Shown in pieces: positions 8,966-18,633 of a stretch of DNA of 64,000 nucleotides; position 1 is the first letter of the stretch, and every line of letters starts with the position of its first letter. The stretch spans positions 1 to 64,000 of the forward strand of contig CAXGUD010000012.1 in assembly GCA_964012805.1 (NCBI GenBank), in the 5' to 3' direction. The position numbers were made by a program, and so were the translations under genes. The DNA is from an uncultured Bacteriovoracaceae bacterium. Its GTDB lineage: Bacteria > Bdellovibrionota > Bacteriovoracia > Bacteriovoracales > Bacteriovoracaceae. Below the pieces are notes generated by a model. It did not search any database. It had not been told where the DNA came from and saw nothing but the letters and a program-made list of their open reading frames with translations.

Positions 8966-10105
8966 ATGGCCGGTTTACTCTCTCATATAGACCCCAATGG
9001 GCATTTAGAATATTCTGTTGTCTACACAGACCGTTCTTTAAATCATATGTCTGAATCATTTCAGGAAGTGATGAAGGATATTTCTCAATCTTTAAAAAAG
9101 GTTTATAATGCTGAAGCAGTTGTTGTTGTACCGGGTAGCGGAACTTTTGGAATGGAATCTGTTGCCAGGCAATTTGCTACAAACAAAAAATGTATGGTTA
9201 TTAGAAATGGGTTTTTTAGTTATCGTTGGACTCAAATTTTTGAAATGGGAGAAATTCCTTCTGAAAGTAAAGTTTTAAAGGCGACACCTGTTGAGGATGG
9301 AAAACAGGCTTCTTTTGCTCCCGCACCCCTTGAAGAAGTCATCGCTAATATTAAATTATTTAAACCTGACGTTGTGTTTGCTCCTCATGTTGAAACGTCG
9401 GCGGGAATGATCCTCCCCGATTCGTATATTCACGCCGTATCGGATGCTGTTCACGAAGTTGGTGGCCTCTTAGTTTTAGATTGCATCGCTTCGGGAACTA
9501 TTTGGGTTGATATGAAAAAGTGTGGGGTTGATATTCTTATTAGTGCCCCTCAAAAAGGTTGGAGCGCTTCTCCTTGTTGTGCTTTGGTTATGTTGAGTGA
9601 AGAAGGAAAAAAGAAACTTAGTACTACAACAAGCACCAGCTTTTCTTGCGATTTAAAGAAGTGGCATCAAATTATGGAAGCCTATGAGAAAGGAGGTCAT
9701 GCTTATCATGCAACTATGCCTACCGACAGCTTGAAAACCTTTAGAAATGCGATGAATGAAGCAATTGATTATGGACTCTTAAAAGTCAAAAGTGATCAGC
9801 AGGTTTTGGGTCAAAAAATACGGGATTTGTTAGAGGCAAAAGGTATAAAAAGTCTTGCGGCAAAAGGCTTCCAAGCCCCTGGTGTAATTGTCAGTTATAC
9901 CAACGATCCTGGAGTAAAAACTGGTAAGAAATTTTTAGAGTATGATATCCAAATAGCAGCAGGTGTACCTCTTAAATGTGATGAGCCTAGTGATTTTCAA
10001 ACATTTCGTATTGGTCTTTTTGGACTCGATAAATTAAAAAATATTGATAGAACTGTTTCAAATATTTCAGACGCCTTTGATCAGATTCTAGGAAAAATTC
10101 ACTGA
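8966..10105 (+). CDS. Class V aminotransferase (serine/alanine-glyoxylate family)
   Basis: EYSVVYTDRSLNHMS N-terminus, HVETSAG, LDCIASG, SAPQKGW, YHATMP, FRIGLFG; GAGGT RBS. Confidence 0.9.
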   Translation: MAGLLSHIDPNGHLEYSVVYTDRSLNHMSESFQEVMKDISQSLKKVYNAEAVVVVPGSGTFGMESVARQFATNKKCMVIRNGFFSYRWTQIFEMGEIPSESKVLKATPVEDGKQASFAPAPLEEVIANIKLFKPDVVFAPHVETSAGMILPDSYIHAVSDAVHEVGGLLVLDCIASGTIWVDMKKCGVDILISAPQKGWSASPCCALVMLSEEGKKKLSTTTSTSFSCDLKKWHQIMEAYEKGGHAYHATMPTDSLKTFRNAMNEAIDYGLLKVKSDQQVLGQKIRDLLEAKGIKSLAAKGFQAPGVIVSYTNDPGVKTGKKFLEYDIQIAAGVPLKCDEPSDFQTFRIGLFGLDKLKNIDRTVSNISDAFDQILGKIH

Positions 10106-10126
10106 TTTTCTTTTTAAATAATCCTT

Positions 10127-10166
10127 AAAAAAAGAGGGAGGCCATTTTTACTCCCTCTTTTTTTTT
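10127..10166 (+). terminator. Intrinsic terminator (possibly bidirectional)
   Basis: AAAAAAAGAGGGAG-loop-CTCCCTC followed by a T9 tract. Confidence 0.85.
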
Positions 10167-10233
10167 GGGTCTTCGCCGAAAATGATAAGGATAATTTTTT
10201 TTTATTAATATCATTAATTTTAGGGCGAAATTC

Positions 10234-11181
10234 GTGAAGAAGCGGTTTTTTAGGCTTTTAACTTTTATTGGTTTAGCTTCATTTTCTCTGACTATTCTTG
10301 TTGGGTGTAGTGTTCTTAGGTTTGGGCAGGTTAAAGAGGTTGGTTTAAGTGAAAATAAGCTTTTTATGAATTATTTTAAGTATTGGTTTAGGAGCTTTGG
10401 TTATAAGGTGGAATCAGTCCATACGGGTTTGATCTTTGAAAACAATGGAGACAAGAGCGGATTTCAGGAGGGGAACAGGTTAAAAGGACCTCCATTCTTT
10501 AAGAAAAAACTTTTAATCATGACCTCTATAGACTTTAAGGATGGAGAAAAAGGGAATTGCCTCATTGATTTAAGCATATTCAAAGAAGAATTTAGGCAGG
10601 GAGATTTTCCTTTTTATATTAATTTAAACTGCCAAAAACCTTTTCAAACACTAGAAAGAGAGAAAGAACTCTTTCCCAAAATTTCTAAAATTTACTCTAT
10701 AAAGCTTAAGCCTATTGTAAACTTTAAGGTTCAAAGAAGCTTTCGATACTTTGTAGAAAGTAAAAGGTGGCCTGTTGCTATTAGGCTTTTAGATCAAGGA
10801 GCTGACCCTAGAGTTTACATAAATAAATATGAAAATATAGGAACGACCCCACTCAATATAGCCTTCAGTGATTTCTGGAATTTTTATAATAGAATTCATT
10901 CAATTCCATTTATCAATAGACTATTAAAAATCAAAGGAGTCATTGACTTTGAAGATGCAGGTGGAAGTTCTGCTCTAGTGAAATTTTTATTAAAAGATAA
11001 AAGATTAGTTGTCAAAAAGTTAATTCAGGAAGGAGCCGTTTTAAAAGTAAAAAGTAAAAAACAAAAAGAAGTTTTTTTAGAGCTTTTAAAGAACTATAAA
11101 AAAGAAAGTGAAGGTTTTTTGGAGCTATTTTACCAGAAACTCAACAGTATTTCTCAATTTCCATCCTCAATTTCAATATAG
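10234..11181 (+). CDS. Putative lipoprotein with ankyrin-like repeats
   Basis: LVGC lipobox; LLDQGADP, GTTPLNIA and LIQEGA ankyrin-like segments. Confidence 0.55.
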   Translation: MKKRFFRLLTFIGLASFSLTILVGCSVLRFGQVKEVGLSENKLFMNYFKYWFRSFGYKVESVHTGLIFENNGDKSGFQEGNRLKGPPFFKKKLLIMTSIDFKDGEKGNCLIDLSIFKEEFRQGDFPFYINLNCQKPFQTLEREKELFPKISKIYSIKLKPIVNFKVQRSFRYFVESKRWPVAIRLLDQGADPRVYINKYENIGTTPLNIAFSDFWNFYNRIHSIPFINRLLKIKGVIDFEDAGGSSALVKFLLKDKRLVVKKLIQEGAVLKVKSKKQKEVFLELLKNYKKESEGFLELFYQKLNSISQFPSSISI

Positions 11182-11254
11182 ATATCCTATAAAAATGATT
11201 AAGGATTTTCTTTTAGGAAATTATGTCTCCTTTTAATTGTTTTTTAGTTGATTT

Positions 11255-11281
11255 TAAAAGCGTGCTCCTCTTTGTCGAAAA
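11255..11281 (+). promoter_or_regulatory. sigma28 (FliA)-like promoter
   Basis: TAAA-N15-GTCGAAAA ending 9 nt before ATG 11291. Confidence 0.55.
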
Positions 11282-11290
11282 AGAAGCACT

Positions 11291-12592
11291 ATGATCTTAA
11301 AAGTAAATGAGCTTTTTTCAAAAAAGCTTCTTGTTTCTTTTTATTTTGTAATGACCTTTTTATTTTTAGAGGGTCAAGAATTATTCGGAGGTACGACTGC
11401 CCTTATTCCCTCTAATTTCGGCTTAAATAGGGCCGAAACAATGACGGCTTATCCTTATAAGGGGTCTTATTTTTGGTATAATCCAGCTTTATTTAAGTAT
11501 TCGGGATTGAAAATAAATTTTGTCGGTGTTGATTTTATTTTAGATGACAATACTAAAAATAATATAAATGACCGCTTAAATCAAAAAGATATTGATACAC
11601 TGGATGAATTCTCAAAAATTTTAGACCAGGATGATGCGACTATTTCTGGAGGAAGCCTTAATGTATTGAAGCTCTATTTACCTTATTTTGGATTGACGAC
11701 ATTCGCCCAGGGAATTGTAACATCTTCGCCAACAAGTGATGGAAAGGTTTTGAACTCTTTGATCAGAGCAGGTGTTACGAGTGGATTTGCGATTTCTTTA
11801 GGCAAGCTTTCCATTGGTTATTCTGCATTTTTAATAAAACAGGCGCAGGTTCTATCAAGCCCTGATAGCTCCCAGTTGGAAACGATAAAAAGCCACTACG
11901 AAGCGGGGACATTAAATCCTTCTAATGTTAATCTAGCTGATTATACAAATGCCTATTATGGAGAAACGTTTGGGCAAAACATAGGTGTTCACTATCAATT
12001 TTTTGACAATAATAATTCTGGTATTGGAGTAAGCATTTTAAATGCACAGGGTTCAACTTTTGGAAATACGAAGTCTCTTATTAAGGGGGTCGTGAAAGAC
12101 TTAGACAAAGAAATGGAAAAAGAGGCAACAAAAATTGGTGTTACCTTAAAAAAGCCTGGTCATCTAAAGCAATTGATTAATGCCGGAATTCACTTGGAGT
12201 TGGGACAAAAGGGAGATGACTTGTTAAACCTATCTCTTTCTGCTGATTATCAAGATATAAATGGAGTAACAATAGACAATAAATTGTCTTTCGCTTCAGA
12301 GTTTGGCCTTCATATACCAGATTCTGTCGCGGTTAAATTTAGTGCTCCTATTGGTGAAAAGGACGGAACTTATTATCATGTTGGCCTTTTGAATTTAAAT
12401 CTCATTGCTGGATATAGACCTAAAGAAAGTTATAGCTATGGAGCAACCCTTGGGACCCATTGGGGTGTTAACCGGACACTCTCTCTTTTAAGAATGGATT
12501 TTCAGGCAAGCAAAACTGTGAGCCTTAATAAAAAGACTGTCCCAAATTCTTGGGGGTTTCAAACAAATCTAAGTTTAATTTTTCTCTTTTAA
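11291..12592 (+). CDS. Putative outer-membrane beta-barrel protein (TraF/FadL-like)
   Basis: Signal-like N-term, YNPA motif, alternating beta-strand pattern, C-terminal Phe. Confidence 0.55.
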   Translation: MILKVNELFSKKLLVSFYFVMTFLFLEGQELFGGTTALIPSNFGLNRAETMTAYPYKGSYFWYNPALFKYSGLKINFVGVDFILDDNTKNNINDRLNQKDIDTLDEFSKILDQDDATISGGSLNVLKLYLPYFGLTTFAQGIVTSSPTSDGKVLNSLIRAGVTSGFAISLGKLSIGYSAFLIKQAQVLSSPDSSQLETIKSHYEAGTLNPSNVNLADYTNAYYGETFGQNIGVHYQFFDNNNSGIGVSILNAQGSTFGNTKSLIKGVVKDLDKEMEKEATKIGVTLKKPGHLKQLINAGIHLELGQKGDDLLNLSLSADYQDINGVTIDNKLSFASEFGLHIPDSVAVKFSAPIGEKDGTYYHVGLLNLNLIAGYRPKESYSYGATLGTHWGVNRTLSLLRMDFQASKTVSLNKKTVPNSWGFQTNLSLIFLF

Positions 12593-12654
12593 AATGCTTT
12601 AAACACTGACATATGTTAAAGTGGGCTAAAATTTACTCTAAGCATTAGGAATAT

Positions 12655-14076
12655 ATGAAAATCGATTTTACAAATACTTATGCAGATTTGGGAGAAGCTT
12701 TTGGGCAATTCATACGGCCAAGTAGTGCAGTAGACCCTGAATTGATCCTTTTTAACCATGAGTTAGCTTCATTTTTAGGAATAGATTCTTCTTCAACACC
12801 TATGGAAGAGCTTGCAGAGGTCTTTTCGGGTAAGAAAATTTTGGAAAAATCAAGACCGCTGGCCATGGCGTATGCTGGCCATCAATTCGGTCATTTCGTT
12901 CCCCAGTTAGGTGATGGGAGGGCCATTCTTTTGGGAGAAGTATTGGCCTCTAACCAAAAATATCATGACCTTCAGCTAAAAGGAGCTGGGCAAACAGCTT
13001 TTTCAAGGCGCGGTGATGGACGCTCATCTTTGGGACCTGTTATACGTGAATATATAGTCAGTGAGGCCATGTATGCTTTTGGTGTCCCTTCGACGAGGGC
13101 CTTAGCAGCTGTAACAACTGGTGAAACAGTTTATAGAGAGGAGGCGTTGCCCGGAGGAACTCTAACGAGGATTGCTTCAAGCCATATAAGGGTAGGGACT
13201 TTTGAGTATTTTGCTTATCGAAAAGACGATGGAAATCTAAAAGCTCTTGCTGACTATGCTATCAAAAGACATTATCCAGAGTTAATAAATGAAGGCGATA
13301 AATATTTTCAATTTTTTAAGGCCGTAGCACTTAAAAAACTGGAGCTTGTTGCAAAGTGGATGGGTCTTGGTTTTATTCATGGTGTAATGAATACAGATAA
13401 CACTTCTATTGCGGGTGAAACTATAGATTTTGGACCTTGTGCTTTCATGGATACTTTTTCTCACGACAAAGTTTTTAGCTCTATTGATCATCATGGTCGT
13501 TATAGCTATCACAATCAAGGAAATATTGCTCTTTGGAACCTTTCCTGTTTAGCTTCTTGTCTTGTCCCTTTATTAGGTCTTTCTAAAGAGGAAGCACAAA
13601 AAAAGTTTGAACCAGAGTTCGAAACTCTAACAACTTTTTTTAAAGATACCTGGAGGGGTGTGATGGCAAAAAAAGTGGGGATTTTTAAGGCCACTTCAAA
13701 AGATGATGAACTTATTAACGAGTTGTTAAAACATCTTGAAGAAAATAAAATGGACTTCACAAATAGTTTTCGTGATTTGCCTAAAAGTTTAGAAAATAAG
13801 GAAGAAATCTACCAAAAAATTAAAAAAAGGCTTGGGGAACAAAATGAACCTTTAGAAGAGGCCGTAAAGCTAATGAATTCAGTCAATCCTTATATAATTC
13901 CCCGTAATCACCTTGTTGAAAGAGCAATTAATTTGTCTTTTAATAAAGATTATAGTTTTTTTAAAAGTATGGTGGAAGCATTTAAGTTTCCCTTTGAAGA
14001 AAATCAAGCTAATGCTGACTTCACAATGCCCCCTAAACCCAATGAAATTGTCTATCAAACTTTTTGTGGTACTTGA
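12655..14076 (+). CDS. selO: Protein adenylyltransferase SelO/YdiU
   Basis: YAGHQFG, LGDGR, LKGAG.T, HGVMNTDN, DFGP, C-terminal TFCGT. Confidence 0.95.
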   Translation: MKIDFTNTYADLGEAFGQFIRPSSAVDPELILFNHELASFLGIDSSSTPMEELAEVFSGKKILEKSRPLAMAYAGHQFGHFVPQLGDGRAILLGEVLASNQKYHDLQLKGAGQTAFSRRGDGRSSLGPVIREYIVSEAMYAFGVPSTRALAAVTTGETVYREEALPGGTLTRIASSHIRVGTFEYFAYRKDDGNLKALADYAIKRHYPELINEGDKYFQFFKAVALKKLELVAKWMGLGFIHGVMNTDNTSIAGETIDFGPCAFMDTFSHDKVFSSIDHHGRYSYHNQGNIALWNLSCLASCLVPLLGLSKEEAQKKFEPEFETLTTFFKDTWRGVMAKKVGIFKATSKDDELINELLKHLEENKMDFTNSFRDLPKSLENKEEIYQKIKKRLGEQNEPLEEAVKLMNSVNPYIIPRNHLVERAINLSFNKDYSFFKSMVEAFKFPFEENQANADFTMPPKPNEIVYQTFCGT

Positions 14077-14355
14077 GGCATTATCCTTATTTAAGGCCCC
14101 TTTTGTCCTCTTAATGATTCTTATAGTGTTTTCATAAAGGTTGATAAAAAATTAACTAGTAATCAAAAAAATATATTGAATATTTTTATCTTTTTTATTT
14201 AATCTTATCAAATATTAGAATTTTGAAAAATTCAGGTTTTCAATAACCTTTATTGAAAAATCGTGATTTTTGAAAAAAGATATTTATAAAAATTTAATTT
14301 TTTAAAACTGGAGTATTATTAGAAAGAAAAATTACCTTACCTTTTGTAAAGAAAA

Positions 14356-15375
14356 ATGAAAATTATACTTTGGGTTATTATATTTTCATCAACTTTTTCA
14401 ATCTCTTTTTATTATGGAAGAGATATTTCCCAATTCATTACTTCAACGATTCAAAAGAAAGAGTCTTTTAAAGAGGCAGGAAAGGAGATTAATCAAAAAA
14501 GTAATAAAAATTTAGAAAATCAAAGTAAAGAAATCACTTTAAACAATAAAGCAGAAAACAACAGTAAAATAACCTTGGCAAATAAAGAAGAAAAACTAAT
14601 TGATCAAATGAGGTCTTCTCCGCAATATAAAGAAGTTCAAAAGAAAATGAGTAAAAGTGAAGCTTCAGGTTTTATTTATGATTTTATGACGAAAATAAAT
14701 TTAGAAGACGGACCGTTTATGAACGCCTTAAATGATGAAATAGAGGAATCATTTTATAAAGAAGCAGAGAAAAACCCAGAAAAGCTTTTTAAGTCAATTG
14801 AAGAAAATATTGATAATTTTATGGGTTCACCTATCCAGCAGGCAGAATTGATGGACTATTTGACAAAGATCAATGGAATGGAAGAAAAGGCGAAAGAGGT
14901 TATTCTTAATAATTTGAACAAGAGAATACCCGAGCAGGAAATGAAATTAACCGATATTAAGACGCTTGAGGATGAAAATAAATTCTTCAGCGCTGATCCC
15001 AAAGAGATCGCTTATAAAATGAAGTTCGCATCTCTTATTTCTGTCGCTGAAAATCAAGAGGAAGAGAAGAAATTAACAATGGATGTTTTTAATAGGCAGA
15101 AGAATAAAAATATTCAAAGAGATATTGCAAGTGTCTATCTCAAAAAAAATCCTACCAAAGCAAATAATTTTGTAGATGATATTGGTCTTAAAAAAGCCAA
15201 TAATTTAGTCCCTTCCAACATTGAAATTGAAGATAACGGTAATGGAGAATATACTTTTATAAAACTAATTGAACCAAAAAAAAAGGAGGAGCCTGAAGAT
15301 CCTGAAAATCCTGAAAATCCTTCTGAAATTGAGGTCCCAGGTAATAATGAAAACCCTCAAGATCTAAAAGATTAA
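14356..15375 (+). CDS. Hypothetical membrane-anchored or exported protein
   Basis: 339-aa ORF, N-terminal hydrophobic segment, acidic PEDPENPENP tail. Confidence 0.7.
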   Translation: MKIILWVIIFSSTFSISFYYGRDISQFITSTIQKKESFKEAGKEINQKSNKNLENQSKEITLNNKAENNSKITLANKEEKLIDQMRSSPQYKEVQKKMSKSEASGFIYDFMTKINLEDGPFMNALNDEIEESFYKEAEKNPEKLFKSIEENIDNFMGSPIQQAELMDYLTKINGMEEKAKEVILNNLNKRIPEQEMKLTDIKTLEDENKFFSADPKEIAYKMKFASLISVAENQEEEKKLTMDVFNRQKNKNIQRDIASVYLKKNPTKANNFVDDIGLKKANNLVPSNIEIEDNGNGEYTFIKLIEPKKKEEPEDPENPENPSEIEVPGNNENPQDLKD

Positions 15376-15460
15376 TTACAGACCTTGAAAAAACCTTTAT
15401 TGTATTCAAATCACAACGATCCGATTATAAATATTAAAAGTAATAAGATAGATAAAGAGT

Positions 15461-16087
15461 GTGGATGTGATCTGTATGAACTATAACTTGTTAAGGAGCG
15501 TCTTACCTTTTTCCATTTGCAAAAAATTGAAAAATGAGGTTTTAAAAATTGTTGAAACTATTGAGGCGCCCGAAGAATTATCTGTTTTTACCACTAAAAG
15601 TAATAATGCAAGAGACTCATATTTTTATAATTCATTTGATAAAATAGCCATTTTTTTCGAGGAGGAAGCAGTTTCTAATGATAGATTGAAATATTCGAAA
15701 TTAGAGTCTACTAATAAAATAGGTCATGGACTGCATTTACAAAATGATATTTTTAGAGATTTTTCTTTTTCTAGAGAAGTAAAATCTCTCATAAAAAAAT
15801 TTGGTTTTAGTGGGGTCGATGTTGTTCAATCAATGGTCATCTTTAAAAATCCAAAGTTTGGTGGCGAGGTTAAGCCTCATCAAGATCAAACTTATCTGTA
15901 TAGTTACCCTAATACCATAAAAGGGTTATGGATTCCTCTTGAAGAGTCAAAAAAAGAAAATGGGTGTTTATGGGTTCTCCCTTCCAAGGAAGAACATTTG
16001 TTAAAAGAAAGATATATAAGAAGGAAAGGTCAAACTTTTGTTGAAAAAGTAAATGACGTCTTTTGGGATAATGACGATTCCTCTTAA
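15461..16087 (+). pseudogene. Truncated phytanoyl-CoA dioxygenase family (PHYHD1-like) gene
   Basis: NKIGHGLH, QSMVIFKNPKFGGEVKPHQD and ENGCL present; stops before the distal Fe-binding His and 2OG-binding Arg; no continuation seen in other frames. Confidence 0.65.
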
Positions 16088-16363
16088 TAGTTAACTGTTT
16101 TTTTCTAAATAACTCTTTTAATAAGCTACCTATAATTAAGAACATATTTAAAGCGTTTGAAAATAAACTTTTCACTTTGTAAAAATAATAATCTAAATGA
16201 AAAGATTGATTAAAAAAGTATGGGAGGCACATCTTTTTTGGGTATTCTAAAATTAAAACCTGAGAAAAAAAGTCTTGAAAGAGAATTAATTCTTCATTAA
16301 TTGAGCATCGCTTGTGAAGCTCTAAAACGGAAGCTACAATATTCTAAACAAAGGGGGCTAGCA

Positions 16364-16570
16364 TTGGAAACCCATAAAATTGAGCTAACTGATTACGAAA
16401 TTCTCTATATACATCATGCACTCTCTATTTGGGAGCAAGAAAGGACGAGCTTTCTCAGTCAGGAGGCTTTTGAGGCGAAAGAAAAAATTGTTAGGCATAT
16501 CAAAAAAAAATTTCCGGATATGGCCTCTGTTTCAGAAAGAATCAACGAATTTAAAGAAAAACAGCAGTAA
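16364..16570 (+). CDS. Small hypothetical protein (68 aa)
   Basis: TTG start with AGGGGG RBS; TTGTGA-N17-TACAAT promoter at 16312-16340. Confidence 0.55.
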   Translation: METHKIELTDYEILYIHHALSIWEQERTSFLSQEAFEAKEKIVRHIKKKFPDMASVSERINEFKEKQQ

Positions 16571-16572
16571 AG

Positions 16573-17682
16573 CTAATCTTTAAAGAGCCTAAAATGAAGT
16601 TTATATTTCCATGAACTAAACTGACCGGATCCTTGATAAGTTTTAAAAAATTGAAATATATCATCTTCTAAAAATAATGTTTCTAGCTTTCTGGGAGAAT
16701 AGATAAGACTCTCGTTAATAAGGCGGTCATCATTATTTAGTGCCAAAAGAGATTCCGATAATTTTTGGACTTCTTTTCTTAAGGCAACAGAAGTTGCAGA
16801 GGATATAACACCTCCAATTCCTCCTCCAGCGTAAAGGCCGTACGCACTTGCCGCTAAGGGAAGGATGGCCTGACTTATTTTTTGCATTTCTTTAATATCA
16901 TCACCATCAGATTCGATAATAGAAAAGTCCACAATAAGATGTTTATGAGGTGCCTGGAAACCAACTTCTTTAGTTGGGAAAATAACTCTATCAGTTGCGC
17001 TTAAAAAGAAAGATTGACCAGCACTTAGGCCTTTATAAATATCTGTAACTCTACCGACCGTTGTCGCTCCATCAGTCGTATAGAAGAAAAAGTAGATATC
17101 ATCTTTCATAAACTCATCTTTGGCATCTAAAACCTCAAGTTGATAAGCATGAAGAGCCATTCTTGGCATTTTTAAGTTTCTGCTTTCTGAATCACTGCTA
17201 AGGGGTCTTCGAATTTCTGCTTCTTTATTTTCTAAATTTTTTCTATCATTAGAGTTCTCTTTGTTTTCTTCTTTTTTGCGTTTATAAGCCGCCCTTAAAT
17301 CAAAGGACCAATCTGAGAAATCCCCGTTACTACCAACGGGCCCAAGAAAAGTGCTTTCTTCCTCCTTAATTGCTCTGTCGCTTTCATTGTCTTCGCGAAG
17401 AGAAAAAAGCTCGTTAGAACCCATCTTTTCAGTTGCGTTCCATTTATCTAAGACCTTTTGCAAATATTTATGAGAGATGTCTTGTTTTTTAAGAACTTCC
17501 ACCATTTGTTTAAGGAACTTATTTTTTATGAGTTTTTTATTTTTTTCGAAGTGGGGGTTAAGGATTATGTCTATCGCCATTAAGGTCATCGGTAAGGCCT
17601 TTGACTTTTCTACAGCTGACGTATTAGAGGAACTAAAAGAGAAAATTGTTACGAGAAGAAAAAGAGCGGCTAGTTTTTTCAT
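16573..17682 (-). CDS. Secreted hypothetical protein with Gly-rich hydrophobic segment
   Basis: GGAGG RBS, MKKLAALF signal peptide; AASAYGLYAGGGIGGVI segment. Confidence 0.75.
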   Translation of the reverse strand: MKKLAALFLLVTIFSFSSSNTSAVEKSKALPMTLMAIDIILNPHFEKNKKLIKNKFLKQMVEVLKKQDISHKYLQKVLDKWNATEKMGSNELFSLREDNESDRAIKEEESTFLGPVGSNGDFSDWSFDLRAAYKRKKEENKENSNDRKNLENKEAEIRRPLSSDSESRNLKMPRMALHAYQLEVLDAKDEFMKDDIYFFFYTTDGATTVGRVTDIYKGLSAGQSFFLSATDRVIFPTKEVGFQAPHKHLIVDFSIIESDGDDIKEMQKISQAILPLAASAYGLYAGGGIGGVISSATSVALRKEVQKLSESLLALNNDDRLINESLIYSPRKLETLFLEDDIFQFFKTYQGSGQFSSWKYKLHFRLFKD

Positions 17683-17943
17683 CTTTTTATGACCTCCACT
17701 TAAATTAGACCAAGAGCACAATACTGAATTTTGGGAACAATAATCTAAATAGTGCTCTTAGGCAAAGGGAAGTTTTCTTTAGGGAAGCTAATACATGTTG
17801 AATTAACAAATAAACAACAAATTACACTTATTCGTAACAAACTTTAAAAAAAAATGTGCTATGCATAATAAGTCTGCCGTGATAAAAGCTTACTAAGTTT
17901 TTATTGTTTAGTCAGAGTGATTTAATTCTTATTAGGTGAAGCT

Positions 17944-18633
17944 ATGAAAGTTAAACATGTTTTTCCTCAATATATTAGCGAGTTTATTGGAACATTTTTT
18001 CTTATTTTCTTTGGGTGTGGTTCAATGATTTTGGCCGAGGTAAACCCAAATTATGCAGGTTCTTTTGTACCCATTATTTGGGGGGGAAGTGTTTCTATTA
18101 TGATTTATGCTCTTGGTCATATATCGGGAGCCCACTTTAACCCTGCTGTTACCATTGCCTTTTGGAGTGTAAGAAGGTTTCCTGGAAAGAGGGTTGGAGG
18201 CTACCTCCTTTCCCAATCTTTGGGCGCAGTTCTTGCTTCTTCTGTTCATTTTTTAATTTGGGGAGCTTCTCACCAGTTTGGAGCTACTGAGTTCAGTGTA
18301 TCAATGGGAGTAGGCTTTTTAGTTGAAGTTATTTTAAGTTTTGCCTTAATGTTTGTCATTATTAGTGTTGCGACTGATTCAAGAGCGGTTGGTGAATTGG
18401 CCGGGATTGCTATAGGCTCAACTGTGGCCCTTTGTGCTTTTGTTGGTGGACCTCTTACAAATGCTTCGATGAATCCTGCAAGGTCACTGGGGCCCGCTCT
18501 TTTTTCTGGCGGGATATTAGAAGTTTGGCCTTATTTTTTGGCCCCAGTATTGGGTACTTTAATGGGTGCTAAGGTCTATGAGTGGATAAGGTGTCAAAAG
18601 GATCAAGAGTCAGATGGGCCTGGTTGTTGCTAA
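17944..18633 (+). CDS. MIP family aquaporin, NIP-like
   Basis: HISGAHFNPAVT and SMNPARSLGPA; C-terminal GCC. Confidence 0.95.
   Translation: MKVKHVFPQYISEFIGTFFLIFFGCGSMILAEVNPNYAGSFVPIIWGGSVSIMIYALGHISGAHFNPAVTIAFWSVRRFPGKRVGGYLLSQSLGAVLASSVHFLIWGASHQFGATEFSVSMGVGFLVEVILSFALMFVIISVATDSRAVGELAGIAIGSTVALCAFVGGPLTNASMNPARSLGPALFSGGILEVWPYFLAPVLGTLMGAKVYEWIRCQKDQESDGPGCC

Noticed and set aside
14065..14100. SelO ending C-G-T-TGA read as a CxxU selenocysteine motif
   Set aside because: TFCGT is a common natural C-terminus of bacterial YdiU/SelO, and no convincing SECIS follows
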